From an uncultured Solirubrobacterales bacterium (lineage in GTDB: Bacteria > Actinomycetota > Thermoleophilia > Solirubrobacterales > 70-9): a stretch of DNA of 64,000 nt. The stretch covers positions 2,748,426-2,812,425 of the forward strand of contig OY970329.1 in the NCBI GenBank assembly GCA_963717375.1, written 5' to 3'. The position numbers and the translations under genes are program-made. The notes under the pieces were generated by a model. It was not told the DNA's origin. It saw only the letters and a program-made list of their open reading frames with translations, and ran no database searches. Below are positions 35,702 to 43,419 of this stretch, in pieces. The stretch's first letter is position 1, and every line of letters begins with the position of its first letter.

Positions 35702-38569
35702 CTATGCCCCTCGTTGACCCGCTCTCCGTGCGACAAGCGAGGCCAGCTCAGAGCGGTTGCGAATGTCGAGCTTCGCGTAGACGTGCGAGAGGTGCATCTT
35801 GACGGTGCCGCGGGCGATGAACATCCGCTCGCCGATCTCCGGATTGGTGAGGCCCTCGGCGGCGAGCTCGACGGCCTGCATCTCGGTGGGGGTCAGTGAC
35901 TCCCAGCCTCCGGAGGGCCGTTTGCGGGAGCCGCGGGTGCGCCCCAGCCAGCCGATTGCCTGATCAGTGTTCAGCGCGCGCCCTTGCGTGATGGCCGCGG
36001 TGAAACGCTCGGCGCCAAGCTCGCTGCGGAGCCGCTCCCCGAGCGTCTCGACCGCTTCCTGCTCGTGGGGCCAGCGAACCCGGCCGAGATCCTCTCGGGC
36101 GCGATCCGCGGCGCCGAGGATGCGCGCCGCCTCCTCGAAGCTCTCGAGTGCCGCCGCGACCGCGGCAAGCACGTCGAGGGCGGGGTGGAGATGAGCGGCC
36201 AGCGCCTGCTCGACGGCGCTCGCCAATGACCCGTGGGCGAGATGCTCGGCCTCGGTCGGTTCCCCCTGCGCCAGCGCCACCACCGCCAGCGCCTGCTGAG
36301 CGGCCGCCCGGAAGACCGGGTTGTCGAGCGGACCTTCGGCTATCTCGGCGACGGTCCGTGCGTGCGCCCCGCCGCTGTCGAACAGGCCGAGGCCGAGCTC
36401 GGCGCGCGTCAGGGCCAGGAGGGCCAGCGCCGTTTCATAGGGTCCGCCGGCTGCGCCCCGCTCCAGGTCATCCTGCAGCGAGCCACGCGCCTCCTCAAGC
36501 AGTCCGGCACTCGCCTGGGCATAGGGGATGGCCACCTGAAGAGGGGAGATCGCGAGGCCGGCGGCAGCGGCGGCCGAGCGCTCCATTGCCGAATCGAGGT
36601 CTGCCAGGGCGGCCTTTCCGTCGCCCCGCTCGGCACGCAGAATGCCCCGGTAGGCGTGGGCGGTGCCGGCGCTGACCGGCTCGCCGACCGCGTCGGCCAG
36701 GGCGATCGCACGCTCATACAGCGCCAGGGCTTCCTCGTCGCGACCCTGGATCACGTGTCGCACAGCCCCGACACCCACCCAATGCCAGGCGGCGAACTCC
36801 GCGTAGCCGGTGCGCTCGATGATCTCGATCGCCTCCTCGAAGACGCAGACGGCGCCCGCATCGCCCTGCATGGCCAGCGCGAAGCCGAGGATCTGCGTCG
36901 CATCCACAAAGCACCACTCGTCATCGCTGGCTCGGGCCAGCTCTCGCGCCTGCTCGAGCCCCTTGCGGGCGCCGGTCGGATCCGGGTACATCTGCATCGT
37001 TCCCAGCACGTCGAGTGCCCGCGCCGCCGTCGAGACCTCCCCCAGCGAGCGGGCCATCTCGAGCGCTTCCAGCTCGCTCGCGGCCGCCTCCTCGAATCGG
37101 CCCGCGTAGGTCAGCAGGTAGCCACGCCCCCACAGAACCCGAGCTCGAAGGGCCGAGGGCTCCGCCGGCCCGGCCCCCAGCGCCCGCAGATAGGCGTCGT
37201 CGGCGATCGCGAAGCGCCCGCGCAGCTTCCACCAGACCGTCAGCGCCGCGCAGAGGCGCAGCGTCCGCTCGCCGTCGCCGTCGGCCGCCTGGTCGAGCGC
37301 CGCAGCGAGGTTGGCCGCCTCGGCGTCGAGTGCGTCGAGCCAGGTGCTCTGACCGGCGGCCTCCAGGTGCGGGGCGATCTGCTCGGCTAGAGCGAGGTAG
37401 AAGTCGAGATGGCGCTCGCGAAGATCGCCGGCCTCGCCGGCCGCCGCGAGCCGCTGCAGCGCGTACTGGCGGACCGTCTCCAGCAGCCGGTAGCGCACCG
37501 CTGCGCCGTCCTCTTCGACGACGACGAGGGACTTCTCGGCCAGCGACGTCAGCAGGTCGAGGAGTGCCGCCCGGTCGAGCCCGTCGCCGCAGCAGACTTC
37601 CTCGACGGCTTCGAGCGTCCAACCGCCGGCAAATGCTCCCAGCCGCCTGAACAGCATCTGCTCGTCGTCATCGAGCAGATCGTGGCTCCAGTCGACCGAG
37701 GCAGCCAGGGTCTTCTGGCGTGGCATCGCCGACCTCGCCCCGCCGGTCAGCAACTGGAAGCGGTCGCCCAGCCCGGCGACGATCCGCTCGACGCCGAGAA
37801 CCCGAACACGCGCCGCCGCCAGCTCGATCGCCAGAGGAATCCCATCGAGGTCGTTGCAGATCCGCGCAATCGTCGGAGCATTGACGGTGTCGACGCTGAA
37901 GTTCGGGCGCACCTTTCTCGCCCGCTCGACGAACAGACGCACGGCATCGGACTCGGTGAGGACCTCCACGGGCTCGGCCTGCAGCCGCCGAGACGGCAAC
38001 GAAAGGGAGGGCACACGCCAGTCGGCCTCGCCGGCCACCCCGAGCGGCGCCCGGCTCGTCGCCATCACGGTGACCCTGGGGCAGCCATGCAGAAGCGCTT
38101 CCGCCACCGCGGCGCAGGCCTCGAGCAGGTGCTCGCAGTTGTCGAGGACGACCAGCGCCCGGGCCTCGGCCAGGTGGGCGACCGCCGCGTCCAGCGAGGA
38201 CTGGCCGGGGAGCGGCTTGACGCCGACGGCGTCCCCGAGGGCCGCGCCGACGGCGTCCGGATCCGCCAGCGGCGCCAGCTCGATCCACCAGGCGCCATCG
38301 GGGAAACGATCGAGCTGCTCGGCTGCCGCCTGCGCGGCGAGCCGCGTCTTGCCGCAACCGCCCGCCCCGGTCATGGTCAACAGCCGCGTGGCGCTGAGCG
38401 CCTCCGCCGCCTCGCTCAGCTCGCGCTCGCGCCCGATGAAGCTGGTCAGTTGCTCTGGGAGGTTGTTCGGCGTCCCGGAGTCGTCCGGCGCTGCGGACGG
38501 CGCTTCTTTCGCCTTGGCGATTTCTCGCAACCCGACCTCCACACGATCGGCCGGCCGAGTGCCGGCCAC
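35702..38569 (-). CDS. STAND-type regulator: NB-ARC-like ATPase + TPR + C-terminal LuxR HTH
   Basis: Walker A MTGAGGCGKTRLA, Walker B LVVLDNCEHL, and DGIPLAIELAAARV. A long TPR-like helical region follows. C-terminal LuxR HTH LTPTEMQAVELAAEGLTNPEIGERMFIARGTVKMHLSHVYAKL. Confidence 0.85.
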   Translation of the reverse strand: MAGTRPADRVEVGLREIAKAKEAPSAAPDDSGTPNNLPEQLTSFIGRERELSEAAEALSATRLLTMTGAGGCGKTRLAAQAAAEQLDRFPDGAWWIELAPLADPDAVGAALGDAVGVKPLPGQSSLDAAVAHLAEARALVVLDNCEHLLEACAAVAEALLHGCPRVTVMATSRAPLGVAGEADWRVPSLSLPSRRLQAEPVEVLTESDAVRLFVERARKVRPNFSVDTVNAPTIARICNDLDGIPLAIELAAARVRVLGVERIVAGLGDRFQLLTGGARSAMPRQKTLAASVDWSHDLLDDDEQMLFRRLGAFAGGWTLEAVEEVCCGDGLDRAALLDLLTSLAEKSLVVVEEDGAAVRYRLLETVRQYALQRLAAAGEAGDLRERHLDFYLALAEQIAPHLEAAGQSTWLDALDAEAANLAAALDQAADGDGERTLRLCAALTVWWKLRGRFAIADDAYLRALGAGPAEPSALRARVLWGRGYLLTYAGRFEEAAASELEALEMARSLGEVSTAARALDVLGTMQMYPDPTGARKGLEQARELARASDDEWCFVDATQILGFALAMQGDAGAVCVFEEAIEIIERTGYAEFAAWHWVGVGAVRHVIQGRDEEALALYERAIALADAVGEPVSAGTAHAYRGILRAERGDGKAALADLDSAMERSAAAAAGLAISPLQVAIPYAQASAGLLEEARGSLQDDLERGAAGGPYETALALLALTRAELGLGLFDSGGAHARTVAEIAEGPLDNPVFRAAAQQALAVVALAQGEPTEAEHLAHGSLASAVEQALAAHLHPALDVLAAVAAALESFEEAARILGAADRAREDLGRVRWPHEQEAVETLGERLRSELGAERFTAAITQGRALNTDQAIGWLGRTRGSRKRPSGGWESLTPTEMQAVELAAEGLTNPEIGERMFIARGTVKMHLSHVYAKLDIRNRSELASLVARRAGQRGA

Positions 38570-38616
38570 GGGTGGAGTCTGTCACGGCCCCGCGCCAGAT
38601 CTCGGTAGCTCCCCGC

Positions 38617-39303
38617 TCAGGACAAGGCGGGAGCGGCGACCTCGACAGCGACGGGGCGCCGCAGCAGGACGACGCCTATGCAGGCCATCCAGATCGCGAA
38701 CGCCGGCGCAGCCGCCAGGGCGATCCCGTCGGGCGACAGAACTCCCGAGCGAGCGAACGAGAGCGCGCTCACCACGTCCAGGCCCGCGACCAGCAGACCG
38801 AATGCGAGCACCGATTTCGGCAGCGCCGCACAGCGTCGGGCGGCGATCACCAATCCGATCACGCAGGCGATCGTCGGCCACTCCGAGAGGCTGGTGGCAA
38901 CGCTCATGCCGACACCGAGCAGCTTCGACAATTCCAGGCCGAGGTCGGGCGCCATGTATGCGGCGATCCCACCGAACAGCAGGATCACTCCGATCAGCGC
39001 CGCCTCGACCCCGGCGCAGACCAGCGCCACGGTCGCGGCGACGCCGCCGCGCTCGCCCAGGAATGAGCGCAGGCCGACGAAGGTGACCGGCAGCAGGGCG
39101 CACCATGCAATCCCGTTCAGCGCCACGGCAGCGAGTACACCGGCCCGGTGCTGAGCGAAGAACTGGGCGAAATCCGCCGCCGAGGCATTCGGGGCGGGCA
39201 GGCTCGCCAACGAGCCGATCGGAACGCTGACGAGATACAGCAGCGCGATGCCGAGCGCGGCACCGGCGGTGAGTCGGGTTAGGCGAGCATCGTTCGAGGA
39301 CAT
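38617..39303 (-). CDS. Integral membrane protein, unknown function
   Basis: About six hydrophobic helices (AALGIALLYLVSV, GVLAAVALNGIAWCALLPVTFVGL and others). ATG 39303 is preceded by GGAGG with an 8-nt spacer. Confidence 0.6.
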   Translation of the reverse strand: MSSNDARLTRLTAGAALGIALLYLVSVPIGSLASLPAPNASAADFAQFFAQHRAGVLAAVALNGIAWCALLPVTFVGLRSFLGERGGVAATVALVCAGVEAALIGVILLFGGIAAYMAPDLGLELSKLLGVGMSVATSLSEWPTIACVIGLVIAARRCAALPKSVLAFGLLVAGLDVVSALSFARSGVLSPDGIALAAAPAFAIWMACIGVVLLRRPVAVEVAAPALS

Positions 39304-39373
39304 TTGACACACCTCCGTCTGAGCGGGCCGACCCGCGTGGTCAGCATCAGCACCGAAGCTATGGTCGGTGACA

Positions 39374-39402
39374 GGCGAGTACTACTGCCACCTGGCATAT
39401 AT
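39374..39402. promoter_or_regulatory. Duplicated 29-nt operator-like motif, copy 1
   Basis: GGCGAGTACTACTGCCACCTGGCATATAT is identical to 39893-39921. It contains the palindromes AGTACT and TGCCA-CC-TGGCA. Lies 71 nt upstream of the membrane-protein ATG (minus strand). Confidence 0.5.
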
Positions 39403-39417
39403 TCCGGCCCGCCAAGT

Positions 39418-39801
39418 TCACTCGGCTAGCGCGATCCGCAGCTGCTCGACGTCGAAATAGCTGTCCTTGGTCTTCACCAGGCCATCCTCGATGGTGATGA
39501 TGTCGACACAGTCGACCCTGACGTCCCCGCTGATCACCGTCCATTCGAGTACCCAGTGATCATCGCCGAACAGGACCTTGCGCGGCTCAGAAGCAAACGC
39601 CGGAAACCGCTCGAAGGTCTCGGCCGCCGCCGTGCGCATCGCCGCCCGGCCCTTCACCGTCTCGCTGACGCCATGGGTGCAGAATCGCGTGTCCTCCGTG
39701 TGCAGCGCGGCGATCGCATCTGCATCGTGGTCGTTCCAGGCCTTGCCATAGGTCAGCAGGAGCTCTCCTAGATTCGTCTCTGAAATCGCCTCGGTGGTCA
39801 T
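39418..39801 (-). CDS. SnoaL-like / NTF2-fold protein
   Basis: 127 aa. LLLTYGKAWNDHDADAIAALHTED...VDCVDIITIEDGLVKTKDSYFD is a typical SnoaL-like polyketide cyclase fold signature. Confidence 0.75.
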   Translation of the reverse strand: MTTEAISETNLGELLLTYGKAWNDHDADAIAALHTEDTRFCTHGVSETVKGRAAMRTAAAETFERFPAFASEPRKVLFGDDHWVLEWTVISGDVRVDCVDIITIEDGLVKTKDSYFDVEQLRIALAE

Positions 39802-39892
39802 CCGGGTCCAGCCTTTCGTAGAGGTATGCAGGCGGCACGGTGGGAGGGCTTCGCCTCCGGAACCGTCGACATCGAAGCTACGGCCGCGCGTT

Positions 39893-39921
39893 GGCGAGTA
39901 CTACTGCCACCTGGCATATAT
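39893..39921. promoter_or_regulatory. Duplicated 29-nt operator-like motif, copy 2
   Basis: Identical 29-mer lying 519 bp from copy 1. An exact CGAAGCTA 8-mer sits at the same 12-nt offset in both copies (39354 and 39873). Lies 92 nt upstream of the SnoaL-like gene start. Confidence 0.5.
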
Positions 39922-40136
39922 CCCGCCGGATGCAAAGCGGGTGCCAATCACCCGCCCGTGTCGCCGAGGAACGGCCTCGGCGAGGACTCGCCGGATGGCG
40001 ACATAGGCGACCGTGGCGCCGGCCGCGAGCACCGCCAAGAGTGAAGCGGCGGTGAACTCAGGCTCGGCTGGCGCGTGCTTGCGCAGAGCCGATTTGGACG
40101 AAGTACTTTGCTTCGCGCGTAACTCGAGCGCGTTCT

Positions 40137-40769
40137 TCAGTGTCCGATTTCGTGCGTCCTCAGTGCCTGGACCACGGCTCCGGTACGCGTATGGGCGTGC
40201 AGCTTCTCCATCGCGTTGCGGATATGCGTTCTGACGGTCTCGGGAGCGATCGTCAAGCGAGTGGCGATCTCCTCGCCCGTCAGGCCTTGGGCGAGGAGAT
40301 CGAAAACCTCCCGCTCGCGCTTGGTCAGCAGTAGCGGCTTTCCGTCGACCTCAGCGTCGAGTAAAGCCCTGATAGCCGGATCGACGTAGCGCTTTCCCTT
40401 CCCGACAAGGTCCAGCGCATGGACCAGCTGGTCGATGTCTCCGAGCTTGAGGACGAATCCGCGGGCGCCGCTCTCCAGTGCTTCGGCCAAGGTCCCGACA
40501 TCCTCGATGCCGGTGTAGATCAGGATCGCTATCTCAGGTTGCTCAATCCGAAGCTCTTTGACCAGATCCAAGCCGCTTCCGTCTCGGAGCTGGATGCCGA
40601 TGACAGCCACATCGGGCTGCTGTCTACGAAAGAGCTCAACGGCGCCGGCAATCGTCCCCGTCGCACCTACCGTCTTGATGCCGCGGCGCTCTAGGAGGAC
40701 TTCCAATCCACCGCGCAGTGCGTCGTGAGCATCTACTAGGGCTACCTCCATCCAGTGCCGGTTTACCAC
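40137..40769 (-). CDS. NarL/FixJ-type response regulator with degenerate receiver domain
   Basis: REC fold plus LuxR HTH (LTKREREVFDLLAQGLTGEEIATRLTIAPETVRTHIRNAMEKL). The phospho-acceptor position aligns to Gly (PDVAVIGIQLRDGSG). Start is 40769 or 40751. Confidence 0.8.
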   Translation of the reverse strand: MVNRHWMEVALVDAHDALRGGLEVLLERRGIKTVGATGTIAGAVELFRRQQPDVAVIGIQLRDGSGLDLVKELRIEQPEIAILIYTGIEDVGTLAEALESGARGFVLKLGDIDQLVHALDLVGKGKRYVDPAIRALLDAEVDGKPLLLTKREREVFDLLAQGLTGEEIATRLTIAPETVRTHIRNAMEKLHAHTRTGAVVQALRTHEIGH

Positions 40770-40908
40770 ATCGCCAGACGCTGAAGGGCGGTCAATCTCC
40801 CCGATCTGAGGTATGGGGCTTCCCTCCCTCCCCGCCGATACCTCTTCTAAGCAGCGGCTGGCCCATGGGCGCTATCGCCAACGCTCCGCCGTCCGCCTCC
40901 ACCGAAGC

Positions 40909-42927
40909 ATGAAAGGCCCCATGTCGCGACCTCGTTACCTCCCTCTCGCCTGTCTGATCAGCGCCCTGGGGCTGTTCGCAGCACCCTCCTTCGCCGCCGC
41001 GGCTGGAGATCTGACGCCAAACCCAACGCAGCTCGATTTCGGCACCCAGGGCATTCACCAGGGTTCGACCTCTTCGCAGTCAGTGAAGTTCGAAAACCTA
41101 ACCGGTGCCGATCTGAGCGTCTCCTCGGTCAGCATCGTCGGCACGGATGCCGCGAGCTTCGCCAGCAATAACGACTGCAGCTTCGTAATGGACGGCGCCT
41201 CCTGCGATGTGAGCGTCGCGTTCAACCCGTCGACACCGGGGCCGAAGAGCGCCCAAATCGAACTCGTAGACGACAACGGCACCGTCATCGTCCCGCTCAG
41301 CGGCACGGGCGCGACGGGAACTCTCTCAGGGTCTTCGCCGTCCTTCGATCCACAGCCTTACTTCTACGGTGGTCAGGAGCGCGACGCCAACATCTCCAAT
41401 CTCTCCGCGTTTGCCGTCGCGAGCACCAATGCGACCATTGCCGGGCCCGATGCAGCCGCCTTCTCGATCGGCTTCAACGGCTGCCAGTTCGTTTTGAATC
41501 CCGGCAACAACTGCAATGTCGGGGTGAACTTCAACCCTTCGGGCGCAGGGACCTACAGCGCCCAACTGGAACTGAGCAACGACGGAACCGTCAATCCGCT
41601 GGTCATTCCCCTGAGCGCAACCGCGCTGGCGGGTCCTCACGCCGTCATCTCGCCGGCTCAAGCAGGGTTCGGGGATGTCGCTGTCGGCTCAGCCTCGGCC
41701 CCAAAGGCCTTTACGATCAAAAACGCTGGCGACTACCCGCTGCAGATCCAGCAGGTATTCGTCCTGTCAGGGACGCCGCAGCTCTTCCCGGTCTCCACCG
41801 ATTCCTGCAGCGCTCAAGTCCTCTCTCCGGCTGCCTCCTGCCAGCTCACCGTGGACTTCCACCCAAATGGCACGGGAGAACGGGAGGGGACAGTCTTCGT
41901 CATCACCAACGAGAACGGCCCAGTCACTACCGCGTCATTCTTCGGCTACGGGGTCCCCTCGCCTAACGGCGTCGCGACCGTAGCGGGAGTCGCCGCTGCC
42001 GGTAGTCCGCTGACCTGCACCCCCAGCGGCTACTCCGACGGGACGACATTTGCCTACCAGTGGCAAAAGGACGGCAACCCTTTCGATGCGACCGGCTCGA
42101 AGATCACTCCGACCGACGCCGATGTCGGCGCTCGCTTTTCCTGCCGTGTCTCGGCGACGAACTCGGTCGGTTCGCAAACCGTTACCTCGGCCAAGAGCGC
42201 ACCGATTGCGCCCAAGGACCTCTCGGGGCTCGACGGCAGCCTCGTCGACGAATCGGCCTGCCGCGCCGTGCAGGCCCCCTCTGGGCTAAAGGTGGGGACA
42301 AAGACGGTGAAGCTCAGCTATGGCAAGCCGGTCACTCCGTCTTCGACTTTTGTCCTTGACGCGCCGGGTCTCAAAATGACGGCGATGATCGACGGTCAGG
42401 CCCTGGCTCATGGCACCGGGCATGTCGCCCTGACGCCACGCTCTCTTCAAAGTTTCGCCGATGGCACCCACGCGCTGCGGGTGAGCGCAGGATCGCGTGA
42501 AGGCAACTCTCAGATCGCACTGGCGCCCTGTCGCCTCGCGGTCCGCCTCGAAGGCGGTCCGAGCCGCCCCGCGAGCCTCGTCCTCTCGGCTGCCGCCGGC
42601 ATGACCTCGCCCAAGGTGCGCTTGCCGGGGAGGCTGCGCCTTCATGTAAGCGCAGCCGCTCTGGGCACCGCGTCGATTCAGGTCGCAGGAAAACCCGCTG
42701 AGACTTTTGGGCTCAGCGGAGCGCGTACCAGCGCAAACGGAATTACCGTCTCGCTAAAGGCGCACTCGGTCCAGATCAAACACCTGCCGCCAGAAGCCGG
42801 CGTGGTGAGCATTGCCCTCAATGGTGGAGTGATCACCGGGCGAGGCGGCGTTGTCAAGGCCACCGCGCAGCTTCGAGGGGACGCTGCTGCAAGCAGTGCC
42901 GACGCCCGTACGACTTGGCATCGGTAG
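40909..42927 (+). CDS. Secreted repeat protein (choice-of-anchor D / ASH-Ig-like domains)
   Basis: Signal peptide MKGPMSRPRYLPLACLISALGLFAAPSFAAAAG. Repeated modules of the form LDFGTQ...C.V.V.FNPS..G...A.L.L (at least three copies). Confidence 0.7.
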   Translation: MKGPMSRPRYLPLACLISALGLFAAPSFAAAAGDLTPNPTQLDFGTQGIHQGSTSSQSVKFENLTGADLSVSSVSIVGTDAASFASNNDCSFVMDGASCDVSVAFNPSTPGPKSAQIELVDDNGTVIVPLSGTGATGTLSGSSPSFDPQPYFYGGQERDANISNLSAFAVASTNATIAGPDAAAFSIGFNGCQFVLNPGNNCNVGVNFNPSGAGTYSAQLELSNDGTVNPLVIPLSATALAGPHAVISPAQAGFGDVAVGSASAPKAFTIKNAGDYPLQIQQVFVLSGTPQLFPVSTDSCSAQVLSPAASCQLTVDFHPNGTGEREGTVFVITNENGPVTTASFFGYGVPSPNGVATVAGVAAAGSPLTCTPSGYSDGTTFAYQWQKDGNPFDATGSKITPTDADVGARFSCRVSATNSVGSQTVTSAKSAPIAPKDLSGLDGSLVDESACRAVQAPSGLKVGTKTVKLSYGKPVTPSSTFVLDAPGLKMTAMIDGQALAHGTGHVALTPRSLQSFADGTHALRVSAGSREGNSQIALAPCRLAVRLEGGPSRPASLVLSAAAGMTSPKVRLPGRLRLHVSAAALGTASIQVAGKPAETFGLSGARTSANGITVSLKAHSVQIKHLPPEAGVVSIALNGGVITGRGGVVKATAQLRGDAAASSADARTTWHR

Positions 42928-42946
42928 CTAGCGGTCTTTGCTCACG

Positions 42947-43033
42947 GACGTTAAACGCGACTGATCGGCGGCCGGCCCCCAACTGAACTGTGGGCCTGGT
43001 CTCGTTGTAGTGCTCGAGCCAGTGTGGCAAAGC
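42947..43033 (-). pseudogene. IS3/IS481-type transposase C-terminal remnant
   Basis: ALPHWLEHYNETRPTVQLGAGRRSVAF resembles the conserved W..YN..RPH..LGG.TP..F tail of DDE integrase-core transposases. No upstream catalytic domain remains. Confidence 0.4.
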
Positions 43034-43095
43034 CGGTTTCGGTGACGATGAGACCGGTAGGCCATTCCGTAGGCTCACTCCTGCGCCATCGTCCT

Positions 43096-43329
43096 ATGAG
43101 TGACAGTATTCCCGAGCTTGCCGTGGCCTACAGCCAGGCATGGGCGAACCACGCTCCAGAGGCGATCGTTGCCGGCACCCGTGACGGCAAATCCTTCGCC
43201 TGCGATGGCACCGACGTATTCACCGTCAGCGATGGCCTTGTCGCACGCAAGGACTCATATTTGGATTGGATCACCTACCAGCAGCAGACGGGTGTCGACG
43301 TGACCTCTGTGAGCGAGTTTTCATATTGA
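43096..43329 (+). pseudogene. Internally deleted SnoaL-like paralogue
   Basis: ELAVAYSQAWANHAPEAIVA and DVFTVSDGLVARKDSYLDW match the two ends of the 39418-39801 protein. About 50-60 central residues are missing. Confidence 0.45.
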
Positions 43330-43419
43330 CCTGAGCCATCTATCTTCGCGGGCCTTAGTACTGCAGCGCATACCGAGATTTAGCCTCGGCTTTGGAGGCT
43401 CTTTAGGGAATGCGAGAAG

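Noticed and set aside
39802-40136. A small TM-containing ORF (TTG 40038, about 46 codons, minus strand) in the 335-bp gap downstream of the response regulator.
   Set aside because: It has no SD, a weak start and a very short length, and its stop codon lies inside the operator repeat (TAG 39901-39903, within 39893-39921). The gap is better explained as regulatory DNA.
43357-43375. A possible third, degenerate copy of the 29-nt operator (AGTACTGCAGCGCATA) upstream of the cyclase-SARP gene.
   Set aside because: Only the AGTACT and GCATA pieces match. The spacing differs and the TGCCA/TGGCA half-sites are absent, so the similarity is compatible with chance.
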